Positions 9,212-19,246 of a stretch of 48,371 nt of DNA are shown in pieces. This DNA is from Bacteroidota bacterium. Its GTDB lineage: Bacteria > Bacteroidota > Bacteroidia > UKL13-3. The notes beneath the pieces were generated by a model. It was not told the origin of the DNA. It was given only the letters and a program-made list of their open reading frames with translations, and did no database searches. Location of the stretch: NCBI GenBank assembly GCA_041302975.1, contig JBFYQC010000262.1, positions 1 through 48,371 on the forward strand, read 5' to 3'. Position numbers and translations under genes: made by a program. Positions within the stretch are counted from its first letter, which is position 1; every line of letters begins with the position of its first letter.

Positions 9212-11053
9212 ATGAAAAAATTCTTATTAGCAAGCATCCTATCTTTAGCCCTGATAAACACGCAAGCTCAGGAAATTATTCCTTGTGCTACCGATCAAGT
9301 TCATTACCAAATGAAACAAGCCAATCCATTATTGGCTATCGAGGAAGAAAGAGGGAACCAAGAAGCAAGTAAAATTGCTGAGGCTTTATTGACCAGCAGA
9401 AACTTTGCAAAACAAGGCAGTGTAAAGTATATTCCTGTTGTGTTCCATGTTATACACAACGGTGGTTCAGAAAACATCACCCAAGCGCAAATCATGGATC
9501 AGATGCGTATTTTAAACGAAGACTTCCGCAAGAAAGCAGGAACCAACGGAGACAAAAGCACAAATCAGTATGCAACAGACATGGAATTTGAATTTAGGCT
9601 GGCACAGGTTGACCCTAATGGTAATCGTCATGATGGCATAAACCGTATACAGAGTACTGCAACAGAAAATGCTAGTGATAATGTTAAAGCATTAAGTAGA
9701 TGGAGTAGTGCTAAATACCTAAATATTTGGGTAGTAAAAAGTATTCAATTAAGTGGTACCGGTGAAGGTACTGTTTTGGGTTACGCGCAATTTCCTTCCT
9801 ACATGTCGTTTGCACCAAATAATGATGGTATTGTCATTCGTGCCGATTATGTGGGCAGCATACAATCAGGTAACTCGAGCCACATGGGAAGAACCTTAAC
9901 ACATGAAGTTGGACATTGGGTAGGTTTATATCATCCGTTTCAAGATGGTTGCACAGGGCAAACAGCATCAAACTGTTCATCAGCTGGTGATCGTGTTTGC
10001 GATACTCCTCCAGTGGCTTCGGCCAATTATGGTTCAGTATGTGATGCAACGCTTAACTCATGCTCGGGAGATAACCCTGACTTACCAGATATGATTAATA
10101 ATTACATGGATTATTTAGATGGAAAATGTGCCAACACCTACACACTTGGACAAAAAGCACGTGCCACTGCTCAAATGAGTCTATACAGAAGTGCCATATA
10201 CTCTGATGCCAACTTAGCCGCTGCCGGTATTTTGCCCGATGGCAATTATGCAACAGTTGCTCAATCAACCATCAAAGCACCATACAGCTATGGTTTTGAA
10301 GATGCTAACATTACTACAGCAGGATGGCGCATACAAAATTTACAGAATGGGGTAAACGGATGGAAAATAGATAACGTAGGTTATAACGGATCAAAAAGTA
10401 TTGCATTCCGTAACTACAGCTATACAGCTACTACGCACTCTCGTGATGAGTTTAACTCTCCATTAATTGACATCTCTACATTAGCTAACCCAATTTTAAA
10501 AGTTCGTTTGGCAAATGCGCGTAAAACATCAGGTGATGTATTAGAAATTGGCATTAGCGGTGATTTTGGAAGAACAGAAACAAAAATATACTCAGCATCT
10601 CCAACATTAAGTATTGCTGCATCAGAATTTATTCCAACAGAAAATCAGTGGAATACTTTAACTTTTGATTTAACTCCATACCGCAACATGACCAATGCGC
10701 GTATTCGTTTTGAGTTGAGAAACTTAAGAGGCAATAACACCTTTATTGATGATTTTTCAATTACCTCATCAACAGGATTATTGGATAATTTAAAACAAGA
10801 AATGGCATTTAATGTATTTCCTAACCCTACAGAAGGAAATTCATACGCACAATTTGAATTGAAACAAAGTCAAAACATTGAAATTAATATTTGCGATGTA
10901 ACAGGCAAAAAAATAAATACCATACAACAAGGCGAAATGCAAGCTGGCACGCACAGCTTGGCCATTAAAGGCAGTGATTTAAAAGCAGGCATTTACCTGA
11001 TTAATGTAACCACGCAAAACGGAACATTTACACACAAACTTGTTGTAAACTAA
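9212..11053 (+). CDS. Secreted M43-family (pappalysin/cytophagalysin-like) zinc metalloprotease with a MAM-like middle domain and a T9SS C-terminal sorting domain
   Basis: Signal peptide MKKFLLASILSLALINTQAQ. Zinc site HEVGHWVGLYHPF with a downstream CDTPP. A GFED...GW...IDDFSI segment follows. The C-terminus is FPNPTEGNSYAQFEL...GIYLINVTTQNGTFTHKLVVN. Confidence 0.85.
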   Translation: MKKFLLASILSLALINTQAQEIIPCATDQVHYQMKQANPLLAIEEERGNQEASKIAEALLTSRNFAKQGSVKYIPVVFHVIHNGGSENITQAQIMDQMRILNEDFRKKAGTNGDKSTNQYATDMEFEFRLAQVDPNGNRHDGINRIQSTATENASDNVKALSRWSSAKYLNIWVVKSIQLSGTGEGTVLGYAQFPSYMSFAPNNDGIVIRADYVGSIQSGNSSHMGRTLTHEVGHWVGLYHPFQDGCTGQTASNCSSAGDRVCDTPPVASANYGSVCDATLNSCSGDNPDLPDMINNYMDYLDGKCANTYTLGQKARATAQMSLYRSAIYSDANLAAAGILPDGNYATVAQSTIKAPYSYGFEDANITTAGWRIQNLQNGVNGWKIDNVGYNGSKSIAFRNYSYTATTHSRDEFNSPLIDISTLANPILKVRLANARKTSGDVLEIGISGDFGRTETKIYSASPTLSIAASEFIPTENQWNTLTFDLTPYRNMTNARIRFELRNLRGNNTFIDDFSITSSTGLLDNLKQEMAFNVFPNPTEGNSYAQFELKQSQNIEINICDVTGKKINTIQQGEMQAGTHSLAIKGSDLKAGIYLINVTTQNGTFTHKLVVN

Positions 11054-11076
11054 AAAAAATTGTAACGTGCGTATCG

Positions 11077-11112
11077 AAACAGTGAGCTTTAACTCACTGT
11101 TTTTTGTTTTTA
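11077..11112 (+). terminator. Rho-independent terminator after the M43 protease gene
   Basis: Stem AAACAGTGAG/CTCACTGTTT with a short loop, followed by TTTTTGTTTTT. Confidence 0.8.
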
Positions 11113-11134
11113 TATAAGTTAGTAATATTGCCGT

Positions 11135-13690
11135 ATGACAAAGAACCTTGTGATAGTTGAGTCGCCTGCAAAGGCAAAAACCATAGAAAAATTTTTAGGT
11201 AAAGACTTTACCGTAAAAAGTTGCTATGGACATATACGTGATTTGGCGAAAGGTGACGAAGCCATTAGAATAGATAAAAATTTTGAACCACAATACGAAG
11301 TACCTGCAGAGAAAAAAGCTGTAGTAAGCGAATTAAAAAAACTAGCCGCACAAAGTGATATGGTTTGGTTAGCATCCGATGAGGATCGCGAGGGGGAAGC
11401 CATTTCGTGGCACCTGAGTGAAGTGCTAAAATTAACACCAGCCAATACAAAGCGCATTGTTTTTCATGAAATTACCAAACCCGCCATTTTACGTGCAATC
11501 GAAAACCCGCGTGGTATAGATTACAACTTAGTAAATGCACAACAAGCCCGCAGGGTTTTAGATAGGTTAGTGGGTTTTGAATTATCGCCCGTGCTATGGA
11601 AAAAAATTAAAGGTAACTTAAGTGCTGGCCGTGTGCAATCGGTTGCCGTGAGATTGATTGTTGAACGCGAAAGAGAAATTAACAACTTTAGTCACTCTTC
11701 TGCTTTTAAAATAGTAGCACATTTTAATGTGGGTGGTAAACAAATGGATGCAGAATTATCAAAACGTTTTGATAAGGAAGCAGATGCCATGGCCTTTTTA
11801 CAAAAATGTATCACAGCCGATTTTACCATCAACAATTTAGAAGTTAAACCAGCAGAAAAATCGCCTGCACCTCCTTTCACCACATCAACCCTGCAACAAG
11901 AAGCCAGTAGGAAATTAGGTTACGGAGTAAGTATAACCATGAGTATTGCACAAAAACTTTACGAACATGGATTGATTACTTACATGCGTACCGATAGTGT
12001 TAACTTAAGTGAAATGGCCATTGGTGCTGCCAAAGATTACATTACCAAAAACTTTGGTGCACAATACAGCAACCCCAAGCGTTACACAACCAAAAACGAT
12101 AGTGCACAAGAGGCGCACGAGGCCATCCGTCCAACTTATTTTGAGAACGTTGATATTGATGGAACACCCCAGGAAAAAAGACTTTACGATTTAATTTATA
12201 AACGTGCCATTGCCTCGCAAATGAGTAAAGCACAAATAGAACGTACCGTTGCTCAAATAGGTGTAAGTACTTTGCCTGACACTTTAACTGCTACAGGTGA
12301 AGTATTGAAGTTTGATGGTTTCTTAAAAGTATATTTAGAAAGTACGGATGATGAATCCGAGAATGAAAATAGTAAGATGCTTCCTCCATTAAAAGTTGGC
12401 GAAAAACTTACTTTAATTAACATGGATGCTGCCGAGAAATTTACACGTCCTGCACCACGTTACACAGAGGCCAGCTTAGTAAAAAAACTGGAAGAGTTAG
12501 GAATTGGTCGTCCATCAACTTACGCGCCTACCATTAGCACCATACAAAAACGTGGTTATGTGGTAAAAGAAGACCGTGATGGAAAAGACCGCAACTTTAC
12601 CACCTTAACGTTAGAAAAAGGCGATATAAAACGCGAAGTAAAAGTAGAAAAATACGGTAGTGAAAAAGCCAAACTTTTCCCAAGTGATATTGGAATGATT
12701 GTAACCGACTTTTTATCGAAACACTTTGATAAAATTATGGATTACAACTTTACAGCCAATGTAGAAAAAGAGTTTGACGAAATTGCTCGTGGTCAGATAC
12801 AATGGAATAAAATGATAGCTGATTTCTACAAACCATTTCATGATGATGTAGAAAAAACAACAGAAACGGCCGAACGCCAGAGTGGCGAACGTACTCTTGG
12901 TATTGACCCGACTTCCGGAAAAAATGTTTATGCCAAGGTTGGCAAATTTGGTCCTTATGTGCAATTAGGCGAAGGTACCGAAGAAGAAAAACCACAATAT
13001 GGTAAGCTGTTACAAAGTCAGCGCATCGACTCAATCTCATTAGATGAAGCATTAGAGTTGTTTAAGTTACCTCGTACCATTGGCGAATACCAGGGCAAAG
13101 AAGTTTCTGTAAATGTTGGGCGATTTGGCCCCTACGTGAAGTGGGGGGATGATTTTATATCGTTGCCAAAAGGTGAAGAATTAATGGAGGTTGATCTAAC
13201 ACGTGCAGCCGAAGTAATTAATGCCAAACAAACCGCAGATGCTCCGGTAGGCACTTATAAAAACAAACCTATTACCAAAGGTAAAGGTCGTTTTGGACCC
13301 TTTATTAAGTGGAACGATTTATATATAAACGTACCTCGAAATTACAATTTTGATGAACTTACCCAACCACAAATGGATGAGTTGATTGAAAAGAAAATGG
13401 ATAAAGAAGCCAATCGTTTTATACAACAATGGGATGATGAAAAGATTGCCCTTGAAAATGGCAGATGGGGACCATTTATTCGTTTTGGTAAAAAGATGAT
13501 AAAGATTGCGCGCAAGAAAGATGGCGAAAAATACACGGCTGAAGACCTTGCAGGCATAACACTAGATGAGGTTAAAAAACTAATTGAGATAGAAGAACCG
13601 GACGCGTTTGCCAAAAAAGCACCCAAAAAAACCGCTGCTAAAAAAACCGCTGCCAAGAAAACAGCCGCTAAAAAAACAGCCAAAAAATAG
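11135..13690 (+). CDS. topA: DNA topoisomerase I with a lysine/alanine-rich C-terminal tail
   Basis: TOPRIM N-terminus LVIVESPAKAKTIEKFLG, DEDREGEAISWH and ITYMRTDS (active-site Tyr region). Repeated GRFGPY/GKFGPY C-terminal modules. Length is 851 aa. Confidence 0.95.
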   Translation: MTKNLVIVESPAKAKTIEKFLGKDFTVKSCYGHIRDLAKGDEAIRIDKNFEPQYEVPAEKKAVVSELKKLAAQSDMVWLASDEDREGEAISWHLSEVLKLTPANTKRIVFHEITKPAILRAIENPRGIDYNLVNAQQARRVLDRLVGFELSPVLWKKIKGNLSAGRVQSVAVRLIVEREREINNFSHSSAFKIVAHFNVGGKQMDAELSKRFDKEADAMAFLQKCITADFTINNLEVKPAEKSPAPPFTTSTLQQEASRKLGYGVSITMSIAQKLYEHGLITYMRTDSVNLSEMAIGAAKDYITKNFGAQYSNPKRYTTKNDSAQEAHEAIRPTYFENVDIDGTPQEKRLYDLIYKRAIASQMSKAQIERTVAQIGVSTLPDTLTATGEVLKFDGFLKVYLESTDDESENENSKMLPPLKVGEKLTLINMDAAEKFTRPAPRYTEASLVKKLEELGIGRPSTYAPTISTIQKRGYVVKEDRDGKDRNFTTLTLEKGDIKREVKVEKYGSEKAKLFPSDIGMIVTDFLSKHFDKIMDYNFTANVEKEFDEIARGQIQWNKMIADFYKPFHDDVEKTTETAERQSGERTLGIDPTSGKNVYAKVGKFGPYVQLGEGTEEEKPQYGKLLQSQRIDSISLDEALELFKLPRTIGEYQGKEVSVNVGRFGPYVKWGDDFISLPKGEELMEVDLTRAAEVINAKQTADAPVGTYKNKPITKGKGRFGPFIKWNDLYINVPRNYNFDELTQPQMDELIEKKMDKEANRFIQQWDDEKIALENGRWGPFIRFGKKMIKIARKKDGEKYTAEDLAGITLDEVKKLIEIEEPDAFAKKAPKKTAAKKTAAKKTAAKKTAKK
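13624..13687 (+). repeat. Imperfect 15-nt tandem repeat encoding (KKTAA)n at the topA 3' end
   Basis: aaaaaaaccgctgct / aaaaaaaccgctgcc / aagaaaacagccgct / aaaaaaacagcc, translating to KKTAAKKTAAKKTAAKKTAKK. Confidence 0.8.
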
Positions 13691-13705
13691 CTACCCCAAT
13701 AAAGC

Positions 13706-14650
13706 ATGATGAACGAAAGGGAAATTCATTCGTTAATTGCTTTGCTTGATGATGATGACCAAGAGATACTTGCCCATGTGGAAGGTAAACTGTTATCGTT
13801 AGGCAAAGAAGCTATTCCGGTACTGGAAAGTGAGTGGAGTAAACTGGGCTATTCAACCCAAAAGGATAGGCTTAACCAAATTGTACACCGCATACAGTAT
13901 AACGAACTATTAAAGGAGTTTAGAGATTGGTATAGATCACCCGAACATGATTTGTTAGCGGGCATTTGTTTAATTGCCCGTTATCGCTATCCTACCTTAA
14001 ATTCTCAAGACATTATTAACCAAATAGACAAAATACGTTTAGATATTTGGCTTGATATGCACCACGATTTAAGTCCGTACGAAAAAGTAAGGATAATAAA
14101 TAGTGTTGTTTACCACGAATTAGGATTTAAAGGCAATACAGAAAACTACCACGCACCCGATAACTCCTTTATAAATGTTGTGTTAGAAACACGTAAGGGT
14201 AACCCCATTATGATGGCGGTAATTTATATTTTGTTAGGACAACGATTGCACCTGCCCATTTTTGGAGTTAACCTTCCGCAACATTTTGTGTGCGCATACA
14301 AAGAAGAAAACAAACAATTACTGCTTAACGATCCGTTTAATTTAAAAACACAACACGATTACCGCGAAGGACGTGTATTGTTTTACATCAATGCCTTTAA
14401 TAATGGTGCGGTGTTTAGCAAGGCTAACCTTGAACAGTTTTTGCGCCAAATTAAAATCGAACCACAACCCGATTATTTTGAAGCATGCGGTAATTTGTCT
14501 ATTATTAAAAGAATATTGCGTAACCTAGTTGTAGCTTATGAAAAGCAACAAGACACCGAAAAAGCAAACGATGTAAAAGAATTGCTATTGGCCGTTGGCG
14601 AAACCTACTTTAGTTACAACGAAGAAGCACCACCTGAAGAAGAAGAATAG
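13706..14650 (+). CDS. Transglutaminase-like (SirB1/YchA-type) family protein
   Basis: NVVLETRKGNPIMMAVIYILLGQRLHLPIFGVNLPQHFV resembles the SirB1 transglutaminase-like core. Length is 314 aa, 15 nt downstream of topA. Confidence 0.65.
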   Translation: MMNEREIHSLIALLDDDDQEILAHVEGKLLSLGKEAIPVLESEWSKLGYSTQKDRLNQIVHRIQYNELLKEFRDWYRSPEHDLLAGICLIARYRYPTLNSQDIINQIDKIRLDIWLDMHHDLSPYEKVRIINSVVYHELGFKGNTENYHAPDNSFINVVLETRKGNPIMMAVIYILLGQRLHLPIFGVNLPQHFVCAYKEENKQLLLNDPFNLKTQHDYREGRVLFYINAFNNGAVFSKANLEQFLRQIKIEPQPDYFEACGNLSIIKRILRNLVVAYEKQQDTEKANDVKELLLAVGETYFSYNEEAPPEEEE

Positions 14651-14676
14651 GCAAACTGAGTTTAAAGATTGTACTT

Positions 14677-14696
14677 CTCAACACTTTGGTGTTGAG
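14677..14696 (+). terminator. Hairpin downstream of the SirB1-like gene (possible terminator; weak U-tract)
   Basis: CTCAACAC-TTTG-GTGTTGAG, a perfect 8-bp stem. The following sequence cgttcaaaattc is not T-rich. Confidence 0.4.
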
Positions 14697-14749
14697 CGTT
14701 CAAAATTCATTATTTCCAACCTCAAATTTCTAAATATATTTATTGCTTT

Positions 14750-14817
14750 AGATTTTGAAACCTAATTCAACTTGGCTAATTTCAGATTTCGAAACGCAGT
14801 TCAACGTAGCTAATTTC
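14750..14817. repeat. Two tandem 34-nt units (28/34 identical). The second unit carries the 30-nt sequence also found at 27569-27598.
   Basis: agattttgaaacctaattcaacttggctaatttc | agatttcgaaacgcagttcaacgtagctaatttc. Confidence 0.75.
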
Positions 14818-14870
14818 CCCTCTGTTATTTGCCCCCCAACTTAATCTTCCCAACATTAAACTCTTTTTCG

Positions 14871-14878
14871 TACTTTCG
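14871..14878 (+). promoter_or_regulatory. Candidate -7 box variant TACTTTCG(CG) upstream of the ABC-F gene
   Basis: One mismatch to TAnnTTTG, 23 nt before the ATG. The same TAYTTTCGC word precedes tyrS and mdh. Confidence 0.35.
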
Positions 14879-14895
14879 CGCCCTCAAATTTGTAA

Positions 14896-16516
<1,621 letters not shown>

Positions 16517-16518
<2 letters not shown>

Positions 16519-16549
16519 AAAACGCCCCGAAAATAGGGGCGTTTTTTTT
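16517..16549. terminator. Bidirectional rho-independent terminator between convergent genes
   Basis: AAAAAACGCCCC-GAAAATA-GGGGCGTTTTTTTT. A-run and T-run flanks serve both strands. It touches both stop codons. Confidence 0.85.
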
Positions 16550-19157
16550 AGGGATGAATCACTTCTATTTTCTTAAAAACAGCACCTTTACTTGTTGTAA
16601 TTTGTAAAAAATAAATACCCGATTTCCAAGTTTTGGTTTCGTAATGGTGTGTGTTGTTTGCCTTAGTAGTTTCTATTATTTTAGTACCCAATAAATCATA
16701 TACAACAATGGTAGATGGCTGTTGGGTTTCTATAGTAAGTTTCTGATCTGCAGGGTTAGGGTAGATGCTTGTGTTAGAATTCACTTCTATTGAATTTAAT
16801 CCAACAGGAGATACTGTTTGAAACCAACGAGGCACAGACCAGGCACCAATAAGTGTGTCTAAGCGGCCTCTCACACGCCACCAATATTTTGTATTTGCTA
16901 GTTGCCCGGTGAAATACACACTCCTTGCAGTTGCATTTCCACTTGCAACAACAGTAGTAAATTGCTCATCAATTGCTACTTGCGCATCGTAACTTAATGC
17001 GTTTGCAGCAGAGCCCCAACTTAAAGTAAGCTGTGTAAGGGGAATGTTCAATTGGCCATTTGCAGGCGATGTCAAAACTGGTGTTCCGATAACTGGCCTG
17101 CCCACAGTGGTAAATGCACTGTATGCAGACCAACCGCTGGTATCGCGTGAGTGGAATGCACGTGCACGCCAATAATACTTTGTTGAAAATCCGCATATAG
17201 CAGTATCACCAGCTTGTTCTGTGCCTATCAAAGTTTTGGTTTGCGGTGTACCAAGCAAGGTATCGTTTAATAACTGGTATTGGTATCCAAAATCACTTAC
17301 AGAACCTTGAATACTCCAAGTTAAGTAAGGACGAATAGAAACAGCCATTGCATTATTAACTGGTGTAAGTAACCGCATTTGTGTAGTGGTTGAAAAACTA
17401 AATGGATTGGTCCACTTAGAGGTATCCATCCTATTAATACATCTGGCACGCCAATAATATGTTTTTTCAAAAAGTCTGTCGTTAGGTAAGTTTAAATTTA
17501 CATATTGAGGTGTAAAATCATCAGGCACATGCAAATCAATTCCTTGGGCTAATTCAGGCGAGTTAAATTGTGTGGTAGTATCTAATTGCCACTGCACCTG
17601 CTCCGAGCCATTTATTCCTGTTATTAAAGCACCCGTACTTGTACCAATTCCTATCATACCATTTGGCGGAAAATAAAGTGAAGGAACTGTTTTGGTTTTA
17701 AAAACTCTGGCTGCAGCGCTCGCTGCGGTATCGGTTCCCATAATTTGGTAGGCACGCCACACAAATGTTCCTCCATATCCAACTGATGTATCTAAATAAT
17801 AATAAAAAGTTCCATCATATTTTAACGAATCGCTGCTAATAAAAAACCTTGTTGGATTAGCACTAAATACGGAGCCTGAATCAATTTCAATTACAGCTTT
17901 ATCAGCCCACGTATCTTTGCGCACATAAAAACGCAACCTCACATCTTGATTAACGGCATTATTACTTGGCTGACCTAAGTTTATTTGCCCTGTATAAGTT
18001 TTAAACCAAGTGTTACTCCATGCTGTTGTATCTAATGCATGCATGTGGCGCAAACGAGTATAGTACTTTGTATTTAACCTTAAATTACTAGGATACATAA
18101 TAGAGGTTGCAGTGGTTAGGGTATCTAATAATAATTGTGTTAAAGCCGAATCGGCATAAAGTTGTAATTGACTGGTTGCACCTGTGCGTAATGCCCAATA
18201 AATGGTAGGTTTTAAAATAACCGTACTAAGTGCATTACCTGGCGATGTTATAGCACCAACACCATATACCAGTGCATTACGCACTACCGACCATGCCGAA
18301 ACATTATTACCAAACTTTGCTCTAATTCTAAAATAATAGCGCTTATCAAACAATAAATTATGCTGTGTATCTTGGATATTTATGGGAGCCAAAAATTTTG
18401 TTTGCAACCTCACTGATGAAAAATCTGCTGCAGTATCCCACTGTAACTCAACCATAGCCAAACTGGTAGTTGGCCACGTTAAAATATTCCTAGGATATAT
18501 ATTAGCCGATATGCTATTAAGGGTAGGTTGTGTATAAAAAGTATAGTTAGTTACATCCGACCAATCAAGTGTATCGCCATCAGTATTAATTGCTGTGCAT
18601 GTCCAAAACAGCTTTCGACCGAATTGAAACAATGAAGAATCTATGAAAAAGTATTCCTGCTGAATTTTAAAAGTGTATAGCGGAGAATTAAACAATGGAG
18701 TGGTATCAACTTTAAACAAATAGGTTGCCTGATTAGTTGAAGTTACAGGATATGCACTAAGTGGTCTAACAGCACCGGTTGTGTTTGTAACGGGACCATT
18801 ACTAGCCATTTTAATTCCGGTTGTAAAATTATACACATCAGACCATGCTGATGTATCACCTGATTTATAAGCACGAGCACGCCAATATACTTTTAATCCC
18901 TTTCTAAAAGATGGTGATTTATTACTACTTGTTGGTGAATAAGCAGAGAAAAAATAGTTACTGGAGAATGATGCAACAGAATCGTATTGGAATTGATATC
19001 CAGTTGCTTGAGATACTGTATTTACTAAAACAGAAGCTTCAAACGCTTTTAACTGCACACCAGATGTTGGCGACAATAAATATGGCTGTGGTAAAAAAGC
19101 CCAACTAGAATTTAAAGTGTAAATAAAGCAGAAAACAGTGAATATCAATTTTTTCAT
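16548..19157 (-). CDS. Secreted protein with about 8 tandem FN3-like modules and a T9SS C-terminal sorting domain
   Basis: Signal peptide MKKLIFTVFCFIYTLNSSWA. The motif [YF]WR[AV]RA...D[TS]..WS...F.T recurs at about 95-aa period (YWRARAYKSGDTSAWS, YYWRARCINRMDTSKWT, YYWRARAFHSRDTSGWS, YWWRVRGRLDTLIGAWS and others). The C-terminus is IYPNPADQKLTIE...GIYFLQITTSKGAVFKKIEVIHP. Confidence 0.8.
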   Translation of the reverse strand: MKKLIFTVFCFIYTLNSSWAFLPQPYLLSPTSGVQLKAFEASVLVNTVSQATGYQFQYDSVASFSSNYFFSAYSPTSSNKSPSFRKGLKVYWRARAYKSGDTSAWSDVYNFTTGIKMASNGPVTNTTGAVRPLSAYPVTSTNQATYLFKVDTTPLFNSPLYTFKIQQEYFFIDSSLFQFGRKLFWTCTAINTDGDTLDWSDVTNYTFYTQPTLNSISANIYPRNILTWPTTSLAMVELQWDTAADFSSVRLQTKFLAPINIQDTQHNLLFDKRYYFRIRAKFGNNVSAWSVVRNALVYGVGAITSPGNALSTVILKPTIYWALRTGATSQLQLYADSALTQLLLDTLTTATSIMYPSNLRLNTKYYTRLRHMHALDTTAWSNTWFKTYTGQINLGQPSNNAVNQDVRLRFYVRKDTWADKAVIEIDSGSVFSANPTRFFISSDSLKYDGTFYYYLDTSVGYGGTFVWRAYQIMGTDTAASAAARVFKTKTVPSLYFPPNGMIGIGTSTGALITGINGSEQVQWQLDTTTQFNSPELAQGIDLHVPDDFTPQYVNLNLPNDRLFEKTYYWRARCINRMDTSKWTNPFSFSTTTQMRLLTPVNNAMAVSIRPYLTWSIQGSVSDFGYQYQLLNDTLLGTPQTKTLIGTEQAGDTAICGFSTKYYWRARAFHSRDTSGWSAYSAFTTVGRPVIGTPVLTSPANGQLNIPLTQLTLSWGSAANALSYDAQVAIDEQFTTVVASGNATARSVYFTGQLANTKYWWRVRGRLDTLIGAWSVPRWFQTVSPVGLNSIEVNSNTSIYPNPADQKLTIETQQPSTIVVYDLLGTKIIETTKANNTHHYETKTWKSGIYFLQITTSKGAVFKKIEVIHP

Positions 19158-19246
19158 GATATTCGAAAATACATAAACTTTTATCAGTTTACACTAAAGT
19201 AAATTAAATTAAAGATTATTTTAAGTTAACCAATATAGTTGTTAAA

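Noticed and set aside
13624-13687. Possible CRISPR-like or other array from short tandem repeats (also considered for 14750-14817)
   Set aside because: The units are contiguous with no spacers and there are only 2-4 copies. One set is inside the topA coding sequence, and no cas genes are present.
13342-13707. 121-aa minus-strand ORF with an (AVFLA)n repeat
   Set aside because: It is the antisense translation of the topA (KKTAA)n tail repeat, so it is an artefact of the tandem repeat.
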